Positions 49,086-62,879 of a DNA stretch of 64,000 bases are shown here, one piece after another. This stretch comes from Azolla caroliniana (Eukaryota > Plantae > Polypodiophyta). The notes beneath the pieces are model-generated. The model saw only the letters and a list, made by a program, of their open reading frames with translations, searched no databases and was not told the origin of the DNA. The stretch lies in the NCBI GenBank assembly GCA_043228905.1, contig JBHGNT010000001.1, positions 21,018,001-21,082,000 of the forward strand, read 5' to 3'. The translations under genes were made by a program, and so were the position numbers. Every line of letters starts with the position of its first letter. Within the stretch, counting starts at the first letter, position 1.

Positions 49086-51991
49086 TTATGGCTCATGTCG
49101 GGATGATTGCAAAATGCAACTACAATTTTTACAACATGTAACATTTGAGTCCCTTGAAGTCAAGGTCAAGCCATCGTAACGCAAACACCGAACCTTCTCA
49201 TGGTCAACCAATGGCAATCTCCTCCTAGCCCGACTAGCACCTCTTTGTAGTTTTCCAGAGTAGGATTTGGAAGTGTTTGGGGAGCTGCCAATAAGTTCTT
49301 GCGAGATGTCTATTGTTGCACTTCTTTTGGCACCGATTTGTTGGTTGCGACTTATTGATCTACCATCTTCTTCATTGATTGTTTTTGGTGCACCAACGCG
49401 ATACACCTTCTCAGCCACATCTTCCAATGTTTGTATACCTTCGACAATAGTTGCACGGTCGAAGGTTCCTAACCCTTGCTCGAGACATTGAAGTGCTTTC
49501 ACGATCTTTTGTATTTTGGACTTGAATGATTCAATCTCGGATGTTGTGGGGTTTGTCTCCTCTACTTGCTCTACCTCTGCCTCCACTTCTATTTCTGTAT
49601 TATAGTCCATTCGCATTTGGGTCGCGTGATCTATAAAAGGCAATGAGCCACATAAATGTGGCATATGCCTCTCAATAATCATTAGGATACCGAGTAAATG
49701 CTTACATTTACTCACAATGTCTTGGCAATCATAATATGAGCATTAGAGTGAGACATTATACCATAGAGTGGGAGTCGTCATGCTCAAGATTCTAAACCAA
49801 TATCGGGCCTCGTCGACAATTTCAATTGTCGAAGTATTGTCGACATACCTTTCCAATATTCTCTCCGCTTCTTTAAGTCGGAACCTTTGATCCCTACAAT
49901 TCGCACGGGGTGCAAACCGACCACTCTCACATATTTCTTGTCATTGCTTGTACCACTCTACCAAACTGATTAAGACATGCAGAAGGTCAGTAATTGATCG
50001 GTTTATTCTTCCCCTCAAGGCAGTATACTTGATAAACTGCCAATGTCTTTCCACAATATTGGTAGTGTCAACGTGTCCGTAGTTGAACACTCTACCAAAC
50101 TTGGGCTAGAGTTTCCTCCACACACATGTCAAACCACACCATCCTCCTTCTATATATTGCCAAACACCAGGCTTGTCCGCATATTCTACCTTTAACTCCT
50201 CACACATTGCATTGAATGATGATTCAGTAATGCATTGCATTAGTTGGCACATTCGTTGATAAAGATGGCTTCTCTCATTTGCACTTACCTTTGGCAACAA
50301 GTTGTCCACCCATGACTTTTTGGTGTGAAACTGACACAACAAAAGTCAACAATGTGTTTGGGACCGTTGCCCATTTACAACAATCCAAGATTGACGGTTT
50401 GTTGCAACCACATTAGTTATGGCATTATATGATGTCCAACATTTATCGATCACTATCGCATTTGGCCTCACCGTGGGCATCCTTGCGAATATGACTCTCA
50501 AACAAGTTTCTAATGCCACTTGCTCATGGTTTGATCCCTTATCAGAACTACAAAGCATGTACCATAATGGGATCCCAATTCCCATGGCATTGGGGGCAAC
50601 TGCTGCATATAATGGTAGCCCGAATTGGTTTGTTTTAAATGTCGAGTCGATTGCCCAAGAGTTGTTTAGGGTCAACCGCTCACACATTTCCAACATCCAT
50701 TGATCTTGAAGTATCAAGATAAATGGTTGTATGGCGCGGGAGATCCTGGTTCACCAGGCAAGTAGGGTTGAACATGAGCCACTTTCCCAAGATCTCGGAG
50801 TGCATAGGCATCTTGCATCATCAAAGCCCAATCAACCTTAGTCATGGCACTCCCGATTTTTAACCTATTTGCCATGTTATGGACCTCCTTTGGTATCATA
50901 AAGAACCGATAGGTAACAAGCTCTAATGGACTAGCCTTGGACTTATGATATGCTTCCTTACACATGCTCATTCGTGCCACATGCCTTGCACACCCAACAT
51001 CAAATAGGTCATCTTTGCAACAACTTATGACATTGGGGTGTACTGGCAAATGGTACACATCCGACCTACTACATGGTACATGACCACTATGAGGTCCATA
51101 TATTGAAATGGTAAGTGTCTCAATGTCAACATCGTCATTGATTCTAACGTCCACATGGAATGTGCACCCACATGGGGGTGTGCACCTGCGTCGTCGAGTG
51201 GAATTAGACGCAAGTCGAGATGTCCCATCACGATGGCAACTATACCTAGTCACGCACATACCCTTCTTGACTCCTTTCCTTAAACGTGTGTGGTACTTGG
51301 TTTGCAAATCTGTGAGCGCATCATCTAATTGGTGGGTTTCTACCTTGATCACTTCTATGGGTAGGGTCTTGTTATATTTGGCCATGCTTGATCCCAAACC
51401 TTCTATCGAGTCGACCTTCGATACCGTTTGGCAACCACAACTTGTAATGAGTGCTTTCACGTACTCCGGTGGGATGCCATAATCACGTACATCAGTCGCA
51501 TAAACTAGCTTTAACTCTTTAAGAGTCTTTGAAAACGTGTGATGGGATGTGTCACCATGTGACACTAATACTACTTCCCTCCATTTCTCGACGTATAAGA
51601 CTTCAAGATTAGGTGATGCTTTAAGGTAAATTGCACTCTCATTCCCGAGTATGAGACAACTCTTCATGAGCTTGCGCCTCCATGCATGAAGTGAAAGAGG
51701 TGCTCCTCTTGCGACATCACGTAATGCTACCAATGTTACCTTAACTTGTCCCAATAAATCTTTAATCATCAAATTATACGTACCTCTTGAAAATACAAAA
51801 TACCTGGGGGAACAATACATGAAGGGATCTGACCGCCTCATCCTCACGATCGGAATCTGATGACTCAAAAGGATCCTCCAATTCGTCCTCGGATGCATTG
51901 GATGACCATGACGTATCCTCCAATTCATCTTCCGACATGGCGAAGACACCATGATGCATTGTGCTCTCCATAGCAAATACAATATGATCAA
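49086..51991 (-). pseudogene. MULE DDE transposase with SWIM finger, disrupted
   Basis: YSCHR..CGC..HSGH N-terminal zinc domain, AIDSTFKTNQFGLPLY, IVIDKC, LCQFH, DTTNIVERHW and SWIM-like xDCQDIVSKCKH. Confidence 0.85.
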
Positions 51992-52289
51992 GAATGCTAG
52001 TGATTGAGGTGAATGAAGTGAATGAAATCAAAGGAATTCAAGCGAATGAAATCAAATGAATTCAAGTGAATGAATTCAAATAATTCACATGAATGGAGTA
52101 GATTAACGATCGAGAATGAGAGTGAATGATATGAGTGCGAGTGATTAATAGACTGTTAAGGAAGGGAATGGGTTAATTGGGAATGATGGGAAGACTCTTA
52201 GTGCATGCTACTGAATTTGGTGAATTAATTTACTGTAATCGTTAATATGATTGTTGAGACGCCATCATTACACGTAGTTGGGCACTTCC

Positions 52290-52450
52290 CTATTACTATG
52301 TCGGGCTCCCTTTTTAATGACTATTAATGAGTCGGGCTCCACATTAATCAGTCGGGCTCCCTTTTTTAATGAACATGAATGAGTTGGGCTCCACATTAAT
52401 CAGTCGGGCTCCCTTTTTTAATGAGTGGGGCTCCCTTTTTTAATGAACAT
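52290..52450. repeat. Cluster of GAGTCGGGCTCC(C) motifs upstream of the MULE transposase
   Basis: About six copies. The inverse motif occurs at 48868-48900 and related GGGCTCCC at 61483-61530. Confidence 0.75.
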
Positions 52451-52816
52451 TGAGTCTTGTTATGTCTTTGAAGAAGATTGACATTGAGTCTTGTTATGTC
52501 TTTTGTATTGTTTACAACAAGGACCGAAGCACTCTTTCTATATACTTACTCTTTCTACAACAACATTCTTTGTTTACAACACTTTTTCTATATACTTACT
52601 CTTTCTTGGCCTTTCTCAAAAACCATTGCCTTGACTACTTGTCAATAAGCTATTAGTTTTATTCTTTTGACACCCAAAACATACAACCAAATATACAACC
52701 AAAATGAGATTCAAATATTGATTTGATATTACAAAATGATTTTCAGATAGAGTCCACATTGAGTCATATACAACCAAAAATGAGATTCAAATATTGATTT
52801 GATATTACAAAAAAAT

Positions 52817-53241
52817 TTAAAGCTCTTGTTTGGAGGTAAAACTCATTGCACATCCTTCAATATCACAATAGTAGGCTCCAAATTCCTCCTTTGCATCTTC
52901 AACAGTTAGTTTCTTGTCCCTCCTTCGATGTGGTTTATGGGCTCTCCATATATCATCCAATATTGTATTATTATAATTTCCACCTATGTTTAGGATATTA
53001 TCTTCATCCACCTTCATAATCTTTGCAGCATTTCTTGTTCGTAGCCTGGTGTTGGGTCCTTCAAGAAAGAAACCTGCAAGAAGTCATGAAGTTCACAATG
53101 AACGTTTTTTGTTCTATAAATAATATATAATTTGCCATATATGTTCAAAGAACTAAACATCACAAGAGTGTACCTGCATAATCAAAGAGCTGGTCATCTG
53201 AATCACACTTAACTTGTGCACGCTTGGATGTAGTCTTCTTT
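52817..53241 (-). pseudogene. Captured two-exon fragment resembling the C-terminus of REF6/ELF6/JMJ705-type JmjC demethylases
   Basis: EGPNTRLR ... AYYCDIEGCAMSFTSKQEL (start of the first C2H2 finger). Phase-1 GT-AG intron at ~53173-53074. Confidence 0.65.
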
Positions 53242-53440
53242 CAAATAATAAGACTCACAACCAGAATGTACATCAAATTGAGTCATATACAACCAAAATG
53301 AGATTCAAATAATAAGACTCCCAACCAGAATGTACATCAAATTGAGTCATATACAACCAGAATGAGATTCAAATAATATGACTCACAACCAGAATGTACA
53401 TCAAATGGAGTCATATACAACCAAAATGAGATTCAACTAT
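53242..53440. repeat. ~62-bp tandem repeat (3 copies), related units at 52680-52812
   Basis: CAAATAATAAGACTCACAACCAGAATGTACATCAAATTGAGTCATATACAACCAAAATGAGATT repeated. Confidence 0.85.
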
Positions 53441-54063
53441 TTACCATATATTACAAAAAAGTTGGCAATCCACATGAGATAGTAAATCGAGATCATATGT
53501 TTGATGTTACAAAGTACAACATGTTAGTGATTAAAATAACCCTATGCCCAGAGTCCTTCGTGTCCATTTTGCCATGATTTTTCGAAGGAGCTACACGTCT
53601 TCGAATCCAAACCATTGCTCCTTACCCTACACCACAAGATGCCATCAACCTAAGCCCAAATTCAATTCTCATAAATTCAATTCTCATAAATACTTGTTAG
53701 GAAACAGGTCTCTTCGGATGGGAAGTGAGTTGTACCCAGCAACGGAAGACCCGGTGAGAACCGGATGAGTTGTACCCGGCAACGAAAGACCCGGTGAGAA
53801 CCGGATGAGGACTACCCGACTACGGAAGACCCGGTGAGAACCGGATGAGGAGTACCCGGCAAGAGCCGGATGACGAAGGCCCGGTGAGAAGTGCTCACCG
53901 GATGAAGGGACATATTTGTAAATATATTTCTGAGAGTCCATCGGGACTATATTTGTAAATAGCTGAAAAGTCATATTAGTATAAATATGACTTAGGGCAA
54001 ACAGAGAATGTAGAGTGTAATGTTGTTGTCATTCTTGTTGACGCAAGATTAGAGTGCCACAGT

Positions 54064-54065
<2 letters not shown>

Positions 54066-54110
<45 letters not shown>
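54066..54110. repeat. (GA)n microsatellite in the 5' LTR
   Basis: Direct reading. Much shorter in the 3' LTR. Confidence 0.95.
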
Positions 54111-54116
<6 letters not shown>

Positions 54117-54426
54117 CGAAGAGGTCGTTGCCTCTGTTGTAACCGCCACCTGTGGCGAAGACAGTGAACAAGAGGTCATTGCCTATGTGTTCATCTTTTG
54201 TATATTGTTACATAGTGATAGTTAGCAGTCAGTGGATTGCCGTGGTTTTTCCCGTGTTTGGGTTTTCCACGTAAACATCCTGTGTACTCTTCTCTCCATC
54301 GTGTCGTGCATTCATTCCCCTTTTTTTTTTCTGTGTTTTGATTCTAAGCTCGGTTGTAGCCGAGCGTTGTTCATCGGGAGCGTGTAGCTCCTGACAAAGT
54401 GGTATCAGAGCGAAACAACACAGAAA

Positions 54427-57400
54427 ATGGACGATTCGTTGGGAGGCATGTCCAAGCTCACCGGCTCCAACTATTCGGTGTGGAAGTCGAAGATGAGGGA
54501 CATGCTCGTGGTTAAAGATCTTTGGTTGCCGGTTCAGTTCAGGGACAAGAGACCGGACAAAATCGACGCCACGATATGGGAGGTGATGCACATGAAGACA
54601 ACGGCGTATGTACGGTGTTTCATCACCATGAGTCTATACAACAACTTCAATGAAGAGAGCAAGGCTCATGAGCTCTGGGAGAAGATCGGCATTATGTTTC
54701 AAAACAAAAATGTTGTTAATCAGGTTTTGGTATTTCGAAAGCTAGTAAGACTCCGGTACCAAGATGGCTCCAGCATGGTGGAGCACATGAATGCCTTCCA
54801 GGGGCTGATCCACCAGGAAACATCATTGGAAGTACCTCTTGCCGATGAGGTACTAGCACTACTCCTGCTCGGTTCCCTCCCAGATAGCTGGGAGATGTTG
54901 GTTGTCACCTTGGGCAATGCCGGGCCGGAAGGGAAACGGTTATCCCTAGCAAGAGTGAAGTCGAGCTTGCTAGATGAGGAGGTGCGTCGGAAAGATAAGG
55001 ATACGAGCTCCGACTCCAAAGCGCTCCTTACCGAATCGGAATGCGGAAGACAAAGAAACCGTAGTCCCCAAAACCGGGAAAAGTTGGGGACACGGTCAAA
55101 GTCAAGGGGGAGGCCTACTTGCTTCTATTGCGGCAAGCCGGGACACTTTCAGAAGAACTGTCGGCACTTCCGAAAGGACAAGGAAACCGATGGTACCGAT
55201 TCGAAGCGGACACAGGACCGAAACGGTAAAGACCGGAGGGGGTTGGACCGGAAGGGAACAACGGCAATTGAGGCAAGTGAAGAAGAGTTGATGCTCATCA
55301 CCGAGGAGAGTGAGATAAACCTTGTCGGCGACGAGATGACCTGGGTGGTCGACTCCGGAGCGTCGTTCCACCTTACCCCGGACCGGAAATGCTTCTCATC
55401 CTACTCAGCCGGTGATCATGGCTGTGTCCGGATGGGGAATGAAGGTACATGCCAAATTGTCGGCATAGGAGACGTGTGGCTGACAACACCAACCAGATGC
55501 AAGATGCTGATGAAGGATGTCCAACACGTTCCGGAGGTTCGTTTGAACCTGATATCAGCCGGTCGGCTAGATGATGAAGGCTACACGGGTAGCATCCGGA
55601 ACGGTGTTATGAAGTTCACCAAAGGGAGCCTGATTGTGGCTCGGGCCCAGAAGGTAAACACATTGTACTTGATGAATGCCCGGTTAGGTCCGGAGGAAGT
55701 GAACGTGGCATCCGACACTGCCGGTGAGCTGTGGCACAAAAGGCTGTGTCACATGAGCGAGAAGGGGATGAAGAGGCTTGCAGATGACAACCTCATTCTA
55801 GTGAAGAATGTGGACTTGGAGAAGTGCACTGATTGTCTGGCCGGTAAACAAAACCGGACCTCCTTCCGACCGAGGCCACCGATGAGACGTAATGCACCAC
55901 TGGAGTTGGTGCATACTGATGTATGTCAAGTGGACACGAAATCACATGAATGATCGCAGTACTTCGTGATGTTCATAGATGACCACAGCCGGAAGCTGTG
56001 GGCCACACCGTTGAAGACAAAGGATGAAGTGCTATCCGTCTTCAAAGAGCTCCACGCGAGAGTGGAAAGAGAAACCGGCCGGAAGCTGAAGGCGGTTCGA
56101 GCAGATAACGAAGGTGAATACCGGGGGCAGTTCGAGGAGTACTGTCGCTCGAAGGGAATCCGGCTCGAATTTACCGTGCCGAAGACGCCGGAACTAAATG
56201 GGCTGGCCGAGAGGATGAACCGGACCATAATGGAGAGGGTCCGGAGTATGCTGGCGCATGCAAAACTACCCAAGAAGTTTTGGGCTAAGGCACTATTGAT
56301 GGCGACATATGTGATAAACAGATCACCCTCAGTACCCTTGGATGGAGACACGCCACAGAGAGTCTGGACCGGTAAGGAAGTGTCCTACCGGAATCTGAAG
56401 GTATTCGGGTGTCTCGCGTACGTGCATGTAGCTAAGGACCATAGAGGAAAGTTAGATCCAAAGACCCGACCATGCATATTCCTCGGTTACGGCGACGATG
56501 AGTTCGGCTACCGAGTGTGGGACCCGGTCGACAAGAAGGTATTCCGGAGTCGAGATATTATCTTCATGGAGGACAAGATGCTCGCCGACTGGGAGTCAGA
56601 GAAGAAGATAATGAACTCCGAGTCGACTGGTAAGGATCGATTCTACGATGAGCAGACCCAACCAGCAAGAGATCGGTTAGCACTCGAGGAACCAGCCGGT
56701 TACAGTGAGGATACCGAACCGGCAGAAGAAGAAGTAGAGGAAGCTGAAACCGGAACCGGCCAAGACCCCGAATCGGATTCGGATGAAGAGCAAATGGAGG
56801 AGCCGGTTATCGAAGCCCAAAGACGGAGATATCCTCTCAGAGAGAGAAGGGCCCCCCGGAGATTTTCGGATGAAGAGCATGTGCTACTGACCGATGAGGG
56901 GGAGCCAGAAAGCTTCGAGGAAGCTAAAAGTGATGCCCATAGCCACAAATGGTTAAGTTCCATGCAGGATGAGATGGATTCCCTGCACGAGAACCATACG
57001 TATGAATTGGTGGAGTTGTCGAAAGGAAAGAGGGCACTCCAAAACAAGTGGGTGTACAAGTTGAAACCGGAAGATGCCGGCAACCCCCCGAGATACAAAG
57101 CCAGGATCGTGGTGAAGGGGTTCCAGCAGAAGAAGGGCGTGGACTTCGACGAGATATTTGCCCCGGTAGTAAAGATGACCTCCATCCAGACGGTGCTGAG
57201 TATAGCGGCAAGCATGGACCTCGAGGTAGACCAGCTGGACGTGAAGACGACATTCCTTCACGGTGACCTCGAAGAGGAGATCTACATGCAGCAACCGGAA
57301 GGATTCGTGGAGAAAGGGAAGGAGCACCTGGTATGCCGGTTGAAGAAGAGCCTGTACGGACTGAAGCAGGCTCCCCGACAATGGTACCGGAAGTTTGACT

Positions 57401-58473
57401 CCTTCATGACCGATCAAGGGTACCACAAGACACAGGCTGATCACTATGTGTTTGTGAAGAAGTTCGAAGGAGGCGACTTCCTGATACTCTTTTTGTACGT
57501 GGACGACATGTTGATCGTCGGACGGGACCAAGCCAGAATACGAATGCTGAAGAAGGCTCTCAACTGAACCTTCGCGATGAAAGACTTGGGTCCGGCAAGA
57601 CAGATGTTGGGGATGCATATCATCCGGAACTGGCCAACGAAGCAACTGTGGCTATCACAAGAGAAGTACGTGACAAAGGTGCTTCAACGGTTCAACATGT
57701 CAGATGCGAAACCGGTCGGATTGACACTTCCGGCAAACTGCAGGTTATCCGGTAAGCAAAGCCCGAAGATGAAATCAGAGAAGGCTAATATGATGAAGGT
57801 TCCATATGCCTCTGCCATCGGGAGCTTAATGTACGCAATGGTGTGTACCCGACCGCATATAGGATACGCAGTCAGAGTGGTGAGCCGGTTTATGAGCAAT
57901 CCCGGCAAGGAGCACTGGAACGCGGTCAAATGGATACTCCGGTACTTGAAGGGCGCTTCAAACATGTGTCTCTGAATTGGCTCTAGTAAACCTCAACTTG
58001 ATGGTTTTACCGGTTCGGACCTGTCGGCTGATGTGGATACCGGCCAGTCTACATCCGGGTATGTAATGACATATGCAGGGGGAGCTATTTCGTGGCAGTC
58101 GAGGCTGCAGAAGACGGTTGCACTGTCAACCACGGAGGCGGAGTACATGGCGGCTGTGGAAGCCAGTAAGGAAATATTATGGATGAAGGACTTCATCGGA
58201 GAGCTCGGTATCCGGCAAGATGAATACCGGCTCTATTGCGACAGTCAAAGTGCCATCCACCTTGCTAAGAATGCGGCCTACCATTCCCGAACGAAGCATA
58301 TCCAACGAAGGTATCACTGGATCCGGGAAAGAGTAGATGACCAGGAGTTCGCGCTGACGAAGATCCACACGGCCGAGAACGGGTCAGATATGCTGACCAA
58401 AGTACTGATACTCGACAAGCTGGATGCATGCCGGAAGCGGATCGGACTAGTAAGACATCCCATGCCGGAGTGA
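54427..58473 (+). pseudogene. Copia gag-pol polyprotein, one frame with three premature TGA stops (55951, 57565, 57973)
   Basis: CFYCGKPGHFQKNC, WVVDSGASFH, LWHKRLCH, VRADNEGEY, LDVKTTFLHG, LYVDDM and ALSTTEAEY. Confidence 0.95.
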
Positions 58474-59185
58474 AGGGGGAATTTGTTAGGAAATAGGTCC
58501 CTCCGGATGGGAAGTGAGAAGAACAGTGTTGATGAGCAAAACGGCCTCGGCCGAAACCGGATGTGGAGTACCCGACAACGGAAGACCCAATGAGAACCGG
58601 ATGTGGTGTACCCAGCAACGGAAGACCCAATGAGAACCGGATGTGGAGTACCCGGCAACGGAAGACCCGGTGAGAACCGGATGACGAGTGCCCAGCAAGA
58701 GCCGGATGATGTAGGCCCGGTGAGGAGTGCTCACCGGATGAAGGGACATATTCGTAAATATGTTTCTGAGAGTCCATCAGGGCTATATTTGTAAATAGCC
58801 GAAAAGTCATATTAGTATAAATATGACTTAGGGCAAACTTAGTATTGCGTGTTGTCATTCTTGTTGGTGCAAGATTAGAGCGCGTAACTGTGTACAGAGA
58901 GAGTGAGAGAGAGGAAGAGGTCGTTGCCTTTGTTGTAACCGCCGCCTGTGGCGAAGATAGCAAGCTCGAGGTCGTTGCTTCGGTGCTTTACTATTGTACA
59001 TTCTAATATAGTGTTAGTTTGTAGTCTGTGGGCTGTCGTGGTTTTTCCCTAGTTTGGGTTTTCCACGTTAACATCCTGTGTACTCTTCTCTTCACTGTGT
59101 CGTGCGTTCATTACCCGTTTTCTGTGTTTGATTCTAGGCTCGGTTTTGGCCGAGCGTTGTTCATCGGGAGCATGTATTCCTGTCA

Positions 59186-59880
59186 TGATTGGCGTGATCT
59201 GTTGTACTTTAGCTCTGGATCCAAAAAATGCTTTATTGATCGTTGTCTTTCGTAGTGGCTGAAGAATGACGTGGTTGTACTCCTCATGGAGGTCGATTGC
59301 TCTTCTTCTTCTATCTTTAGCCCCCGAGGCAGTACTACACGGATGCCATGTGCCTTTTGTAAGTGAGCCTCCATGTCAGCTTTTTTGCGAAACCATTGTA
59401 CCTCTTTTCTACATGAATCTCCAACGATACATGTGCGACATTTGATACCTGTCGAGTCTCTTCCCGCCTTGAAGAGGGACATGGGGTCCACTACAACAAT
59501 GGTGTGACATTTGCATTAGAAAAACCCAATATATACTTACTTCAATAATGATTATAAGAATGTACATCAACTCACCATTTACACTGATATCTTCAACACC
59601 TGGCCCCACATCATGTATGGGGTTCGTATCCATGTTCGAGTCTTCAGTAATGATGTTTTCAGCATCCATATTGTTGGATTTGGGGCACCTAGCACCCTTT
59701 CTTACAAAAACCCTAAACCATCATTCAAGTTAGCACACAAACATCACTATTTATACACAATATAAAGTTGAGAAATGATTCATGCCATACCTCCCTTCAT
59801 AGGGTATTGTTTCACCCCAATCCGCATCAAAGTCTATGAAGGTCTTGGACCAACTAGCCATTTGTACAAAACACATGCCA
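59186..59880 (-). pseudogene. Second MULE-borne multi-exon gene with a C2H2-like finger, interrupted by the copia
   Basis: IKCRTC..WFRKKADMEAHLQKAHG in 59183-59491. Short upstream exon-like segments with GT/AG borders near 59470, 59572 and 59790. Confidence 0.45.
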
Positions 59881-61761
59881 TCTTCAAAAACCACCAATGG
59901 ATCTAAGATCATATTTGGACATCATATTTGAAGCAATCATGAGACATATACACAAGTTGTCTATGTTCTCACAAATGTACTGCCACACATTTTTTTGTGG
60001 ATGTACACTCCATTGGGTATTTGAGCCTTATACGCATCGTAGGCACAACGGAAACATGATTAAACCCCATTTATAAGATTGAATATGTTGATCTTATATA
60101 TTGACACTTGTTTACCTAGAACCAATATACATTTTTTGTTACACATAATATGGGTTTCATGTGTTCATGGCTTGTAATAAATGTGCATATTCTTATGTTA
60201 TGCTTGATTTTCACTTTTACATAAATGCCTTTAACGTTTCCTTAGTAATTGGTAGAGTCCAAAACATCACCATATGTTTGTCTTTAAATTCAAGAATACT
60301 TGAGTCTATCTTATTGTTTCTACACAATACATTAGTGTTAAGGATTTTGGAATGGACAAAAATTGTTAATGATTTCAAAAAATAGATCAATCTTAACCAA
60401 TTCTAACATATCAATGTCAATAATTTAAAATTCATGAATGCTACTTGTAGTTTTTATTTTAGTTTTTGTAATATATATACATAGAGAGCACATTCTAAAT
60501 TAAGGGAGATAGCCATAATATTGATACGTTTTAAATCATAGTCATAGTTCATGAGTCCATGACAAATAGTTGGTCTTCATGGAGAATCCTAATTTCATTT
60601 AGCAAGAATTTATCATTTATCATTTACAATACTATAATGGACACAACGTTTTACTTCCAACTTAAAACATACTTACGTAGACTTACATAGCACACAACTT
60701 TTTTTAGTAAGGCATTCATTACATTACTATTATTTGGGGAGAAAAAACGCGAAGAATGTATACAAGATTTGAGATTTGACCTTCAAATGTGGGCATAAAA
60801 AAGCCCAATAATGCATGAATCACATGGGCAAATTCAAGCATTCAAATGTTGGCATTTATGTAGATGGGCAAATTCAAGCATTGTTAATTTAAACATTAAC
60901 TAATTCAAATTTTGGGTTATAAAATGTTTATATTTTTTTGTAACATACATTCCCTTGAGAAAAAGTATTATTTTTGGGGAATTGTTTCTTTGAAGAATAA
61001 AGACCTATTTCTTCTATTGTAGGGTAGAAACCTAATATGGATGATGATTGCTTGAATACACATAGACAAGTATTATTTTTATTCCATGTCTACTCAAAAT
61101 CATGGCTGATTGCTTGAAGACACAATAGAAGGAATAAAACCATATTAGGTTCAAGAAATCATCCATATTAGGTTGATGGTTTTTATGACATGGAATAAGC
61201 CCTAAACCTAATAGAAGGAATAAAAACCTAATAGAAGGAATATGATACCTAATAAAAACCTAAACCTAATAGAAGGAATATGATACCTACCTCTGGACTG
61301 CAGGTGCTCACGGACAACAGGTGTTGTGCCTCACTGAAGATGTCTGCAATAGGTGCTCACAGACAGCAGGTGGTGCGCCTCGCTCAAAAACCCTCAACCC
61401 TCAACATCACGCTTCTTGTTTGCAAACAGGAAAAAAATGACAAAAAAAAAGGCTTTTTATACTTCCCTCAAACTAATGAGAAGGGCTCCCTTTCCCAAAG
61501 TGGTGCCCTTCTTTAATGAGACGGGCTCCCTGTTTAATTGGCACGCTTTTTCGTGCCTTTTCCACAGCCACATAGGATGGTGCAGATCGCACGCGCCCTC
61601 AGCTAGCGACCTGCACCGTCCCTCTCCGCGATTCCCTCACTTGCCCTCTTTAATATTTGGTAGTAGTTAGACACCACGCTTCACACACACATCCGTATGT
61701 ATGCATATACATACATACATACCTATAGGCTATACATATATGTATACACTATAAATTATAA

Positions 61762-62074
61762 GGGAAAAGTACTAGGATACCCCTAGAAGTTCGTCTATTT
61801 ACCAGAATGCCCCTGGAAGTTCCAAATTTACCAAATTACCCCTATGTCCAAAAAATTACACTTTATAAAGTAATTATACACTCAAATCTTTGATACATAG
61901 GGCTAGTTCGGGTCCATTTCTTCCATCTTTGGTAAATAGAACTTGTAGATTTGAGTGTATAATTACTTTATAAAGTGTAATTTTTTGGACATAGGGGTAG
62001 TTTGGTAAATTTGGAACTTCCAGGGGCATTTTGGTAAATAGACGAACTTCCAAGGGTATCCTGGTACTTTTCCC
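61762..62074. mobile_element. Mutator-type MITE (fold-back)
   Basis: ~128-bp TIRs (GGGAAAAGTAC.. / ..GTACTTTTCCC). Perfect 9-bp TSD AAATTATAA at 61753-61761 and 62075-62083. Confidence 0.95.
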
Positions 62075-62416
62075 AAATTATAAATTCTAATACATCATAC
62101 AATACATTCATTCTATACAGTACATACATATTTGTATATGTACATACATATCTCCTCCGTATACACCACACTCTTCAAGGTCGTCATGGCTTCAAATCCT
62201 TCCTCTCCCACCTTATGTTACCTCTATCAACATTTCATGCTCCATCAATGCATCATTTTACGACAAGAATAAAAGACACTATAGCATGTTTGGAAAAAAG
62301 AAAAGAAAAAAAGACACTACATAAGACATTAGGATCCCAATTGGGAGCTTGTGGAACTTATTTCGAACCATATGGAGTAAAGGTAGGAATGTATGTTTGT
62401 ATGCATAGATGCATAA

Positions 62417-62444
62417 TGTATGTATGTATGTATGTATGTATGTA

Positions 62445-62475
<31 letters not shown>
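62417..62475. repeat. (TGTA)n(TG)n compound microsatellite
   Basis: Direct reading. Confidence 0.95.
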
Positions 62476-62879
62476 CCTAATAGATCTTATTGAATGGGTG
62501 ATAAAGCAACTAAAATGTTCAACTAACACCATGCAAATGACAAGACATTCTACTAGCAATATGCCTTATTTTAAGACATCTCGTAGTGTTAAACCTCCCC
62601 TTATAGCTCACAAGAAGAACTCCCCAATCTTCCCCGAATTTCTGCCATCGACATATCTATATGAATTAACTAATGATGTACATCATTTGTTTTTATCCAA
62701 ATAAAAATAATCTCCTATTTCCTTCAAATGTCTTCCAATCAAACTTAAGAGAATTCTTTAGTCCAACACGAATAGTCAAGAAAATATGCCACAGACCAAA
62801 TTTTGTAGTTCCTATATTCAGAAACAAACATTTATATCTCCTCTAAGAATACCATTATTCTTCTTTGGATAGTCAACAT

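Larger units (their letters stand above)
53695..59185 (+). mobile_element. Full-length Tnt1/Tork-like Ty1/copia retrotransposon
   Basis: LTRs 53695-54396 and 58484-59185, each with ~38-bp internal repeats. PBS TGGTATCAGAGCG at 54400-54412. PPT GAAGGGGGAA at 58472-58481. Confidence 0.95.
48730..61674. mobile_element. ~13-kb Mutator-like element (MULE / Pack-MULE)
   Basis: ~100-bp imperfect TIRs at 48730-48834 and 61575-61674 (CTAACTRCTACCAAATATTAAAGAGGGCAAGTGAGGGAATC..). Flanks share CACGCT (degenerate TSD). Contains a MULE transposase. Confidence 0.85.
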
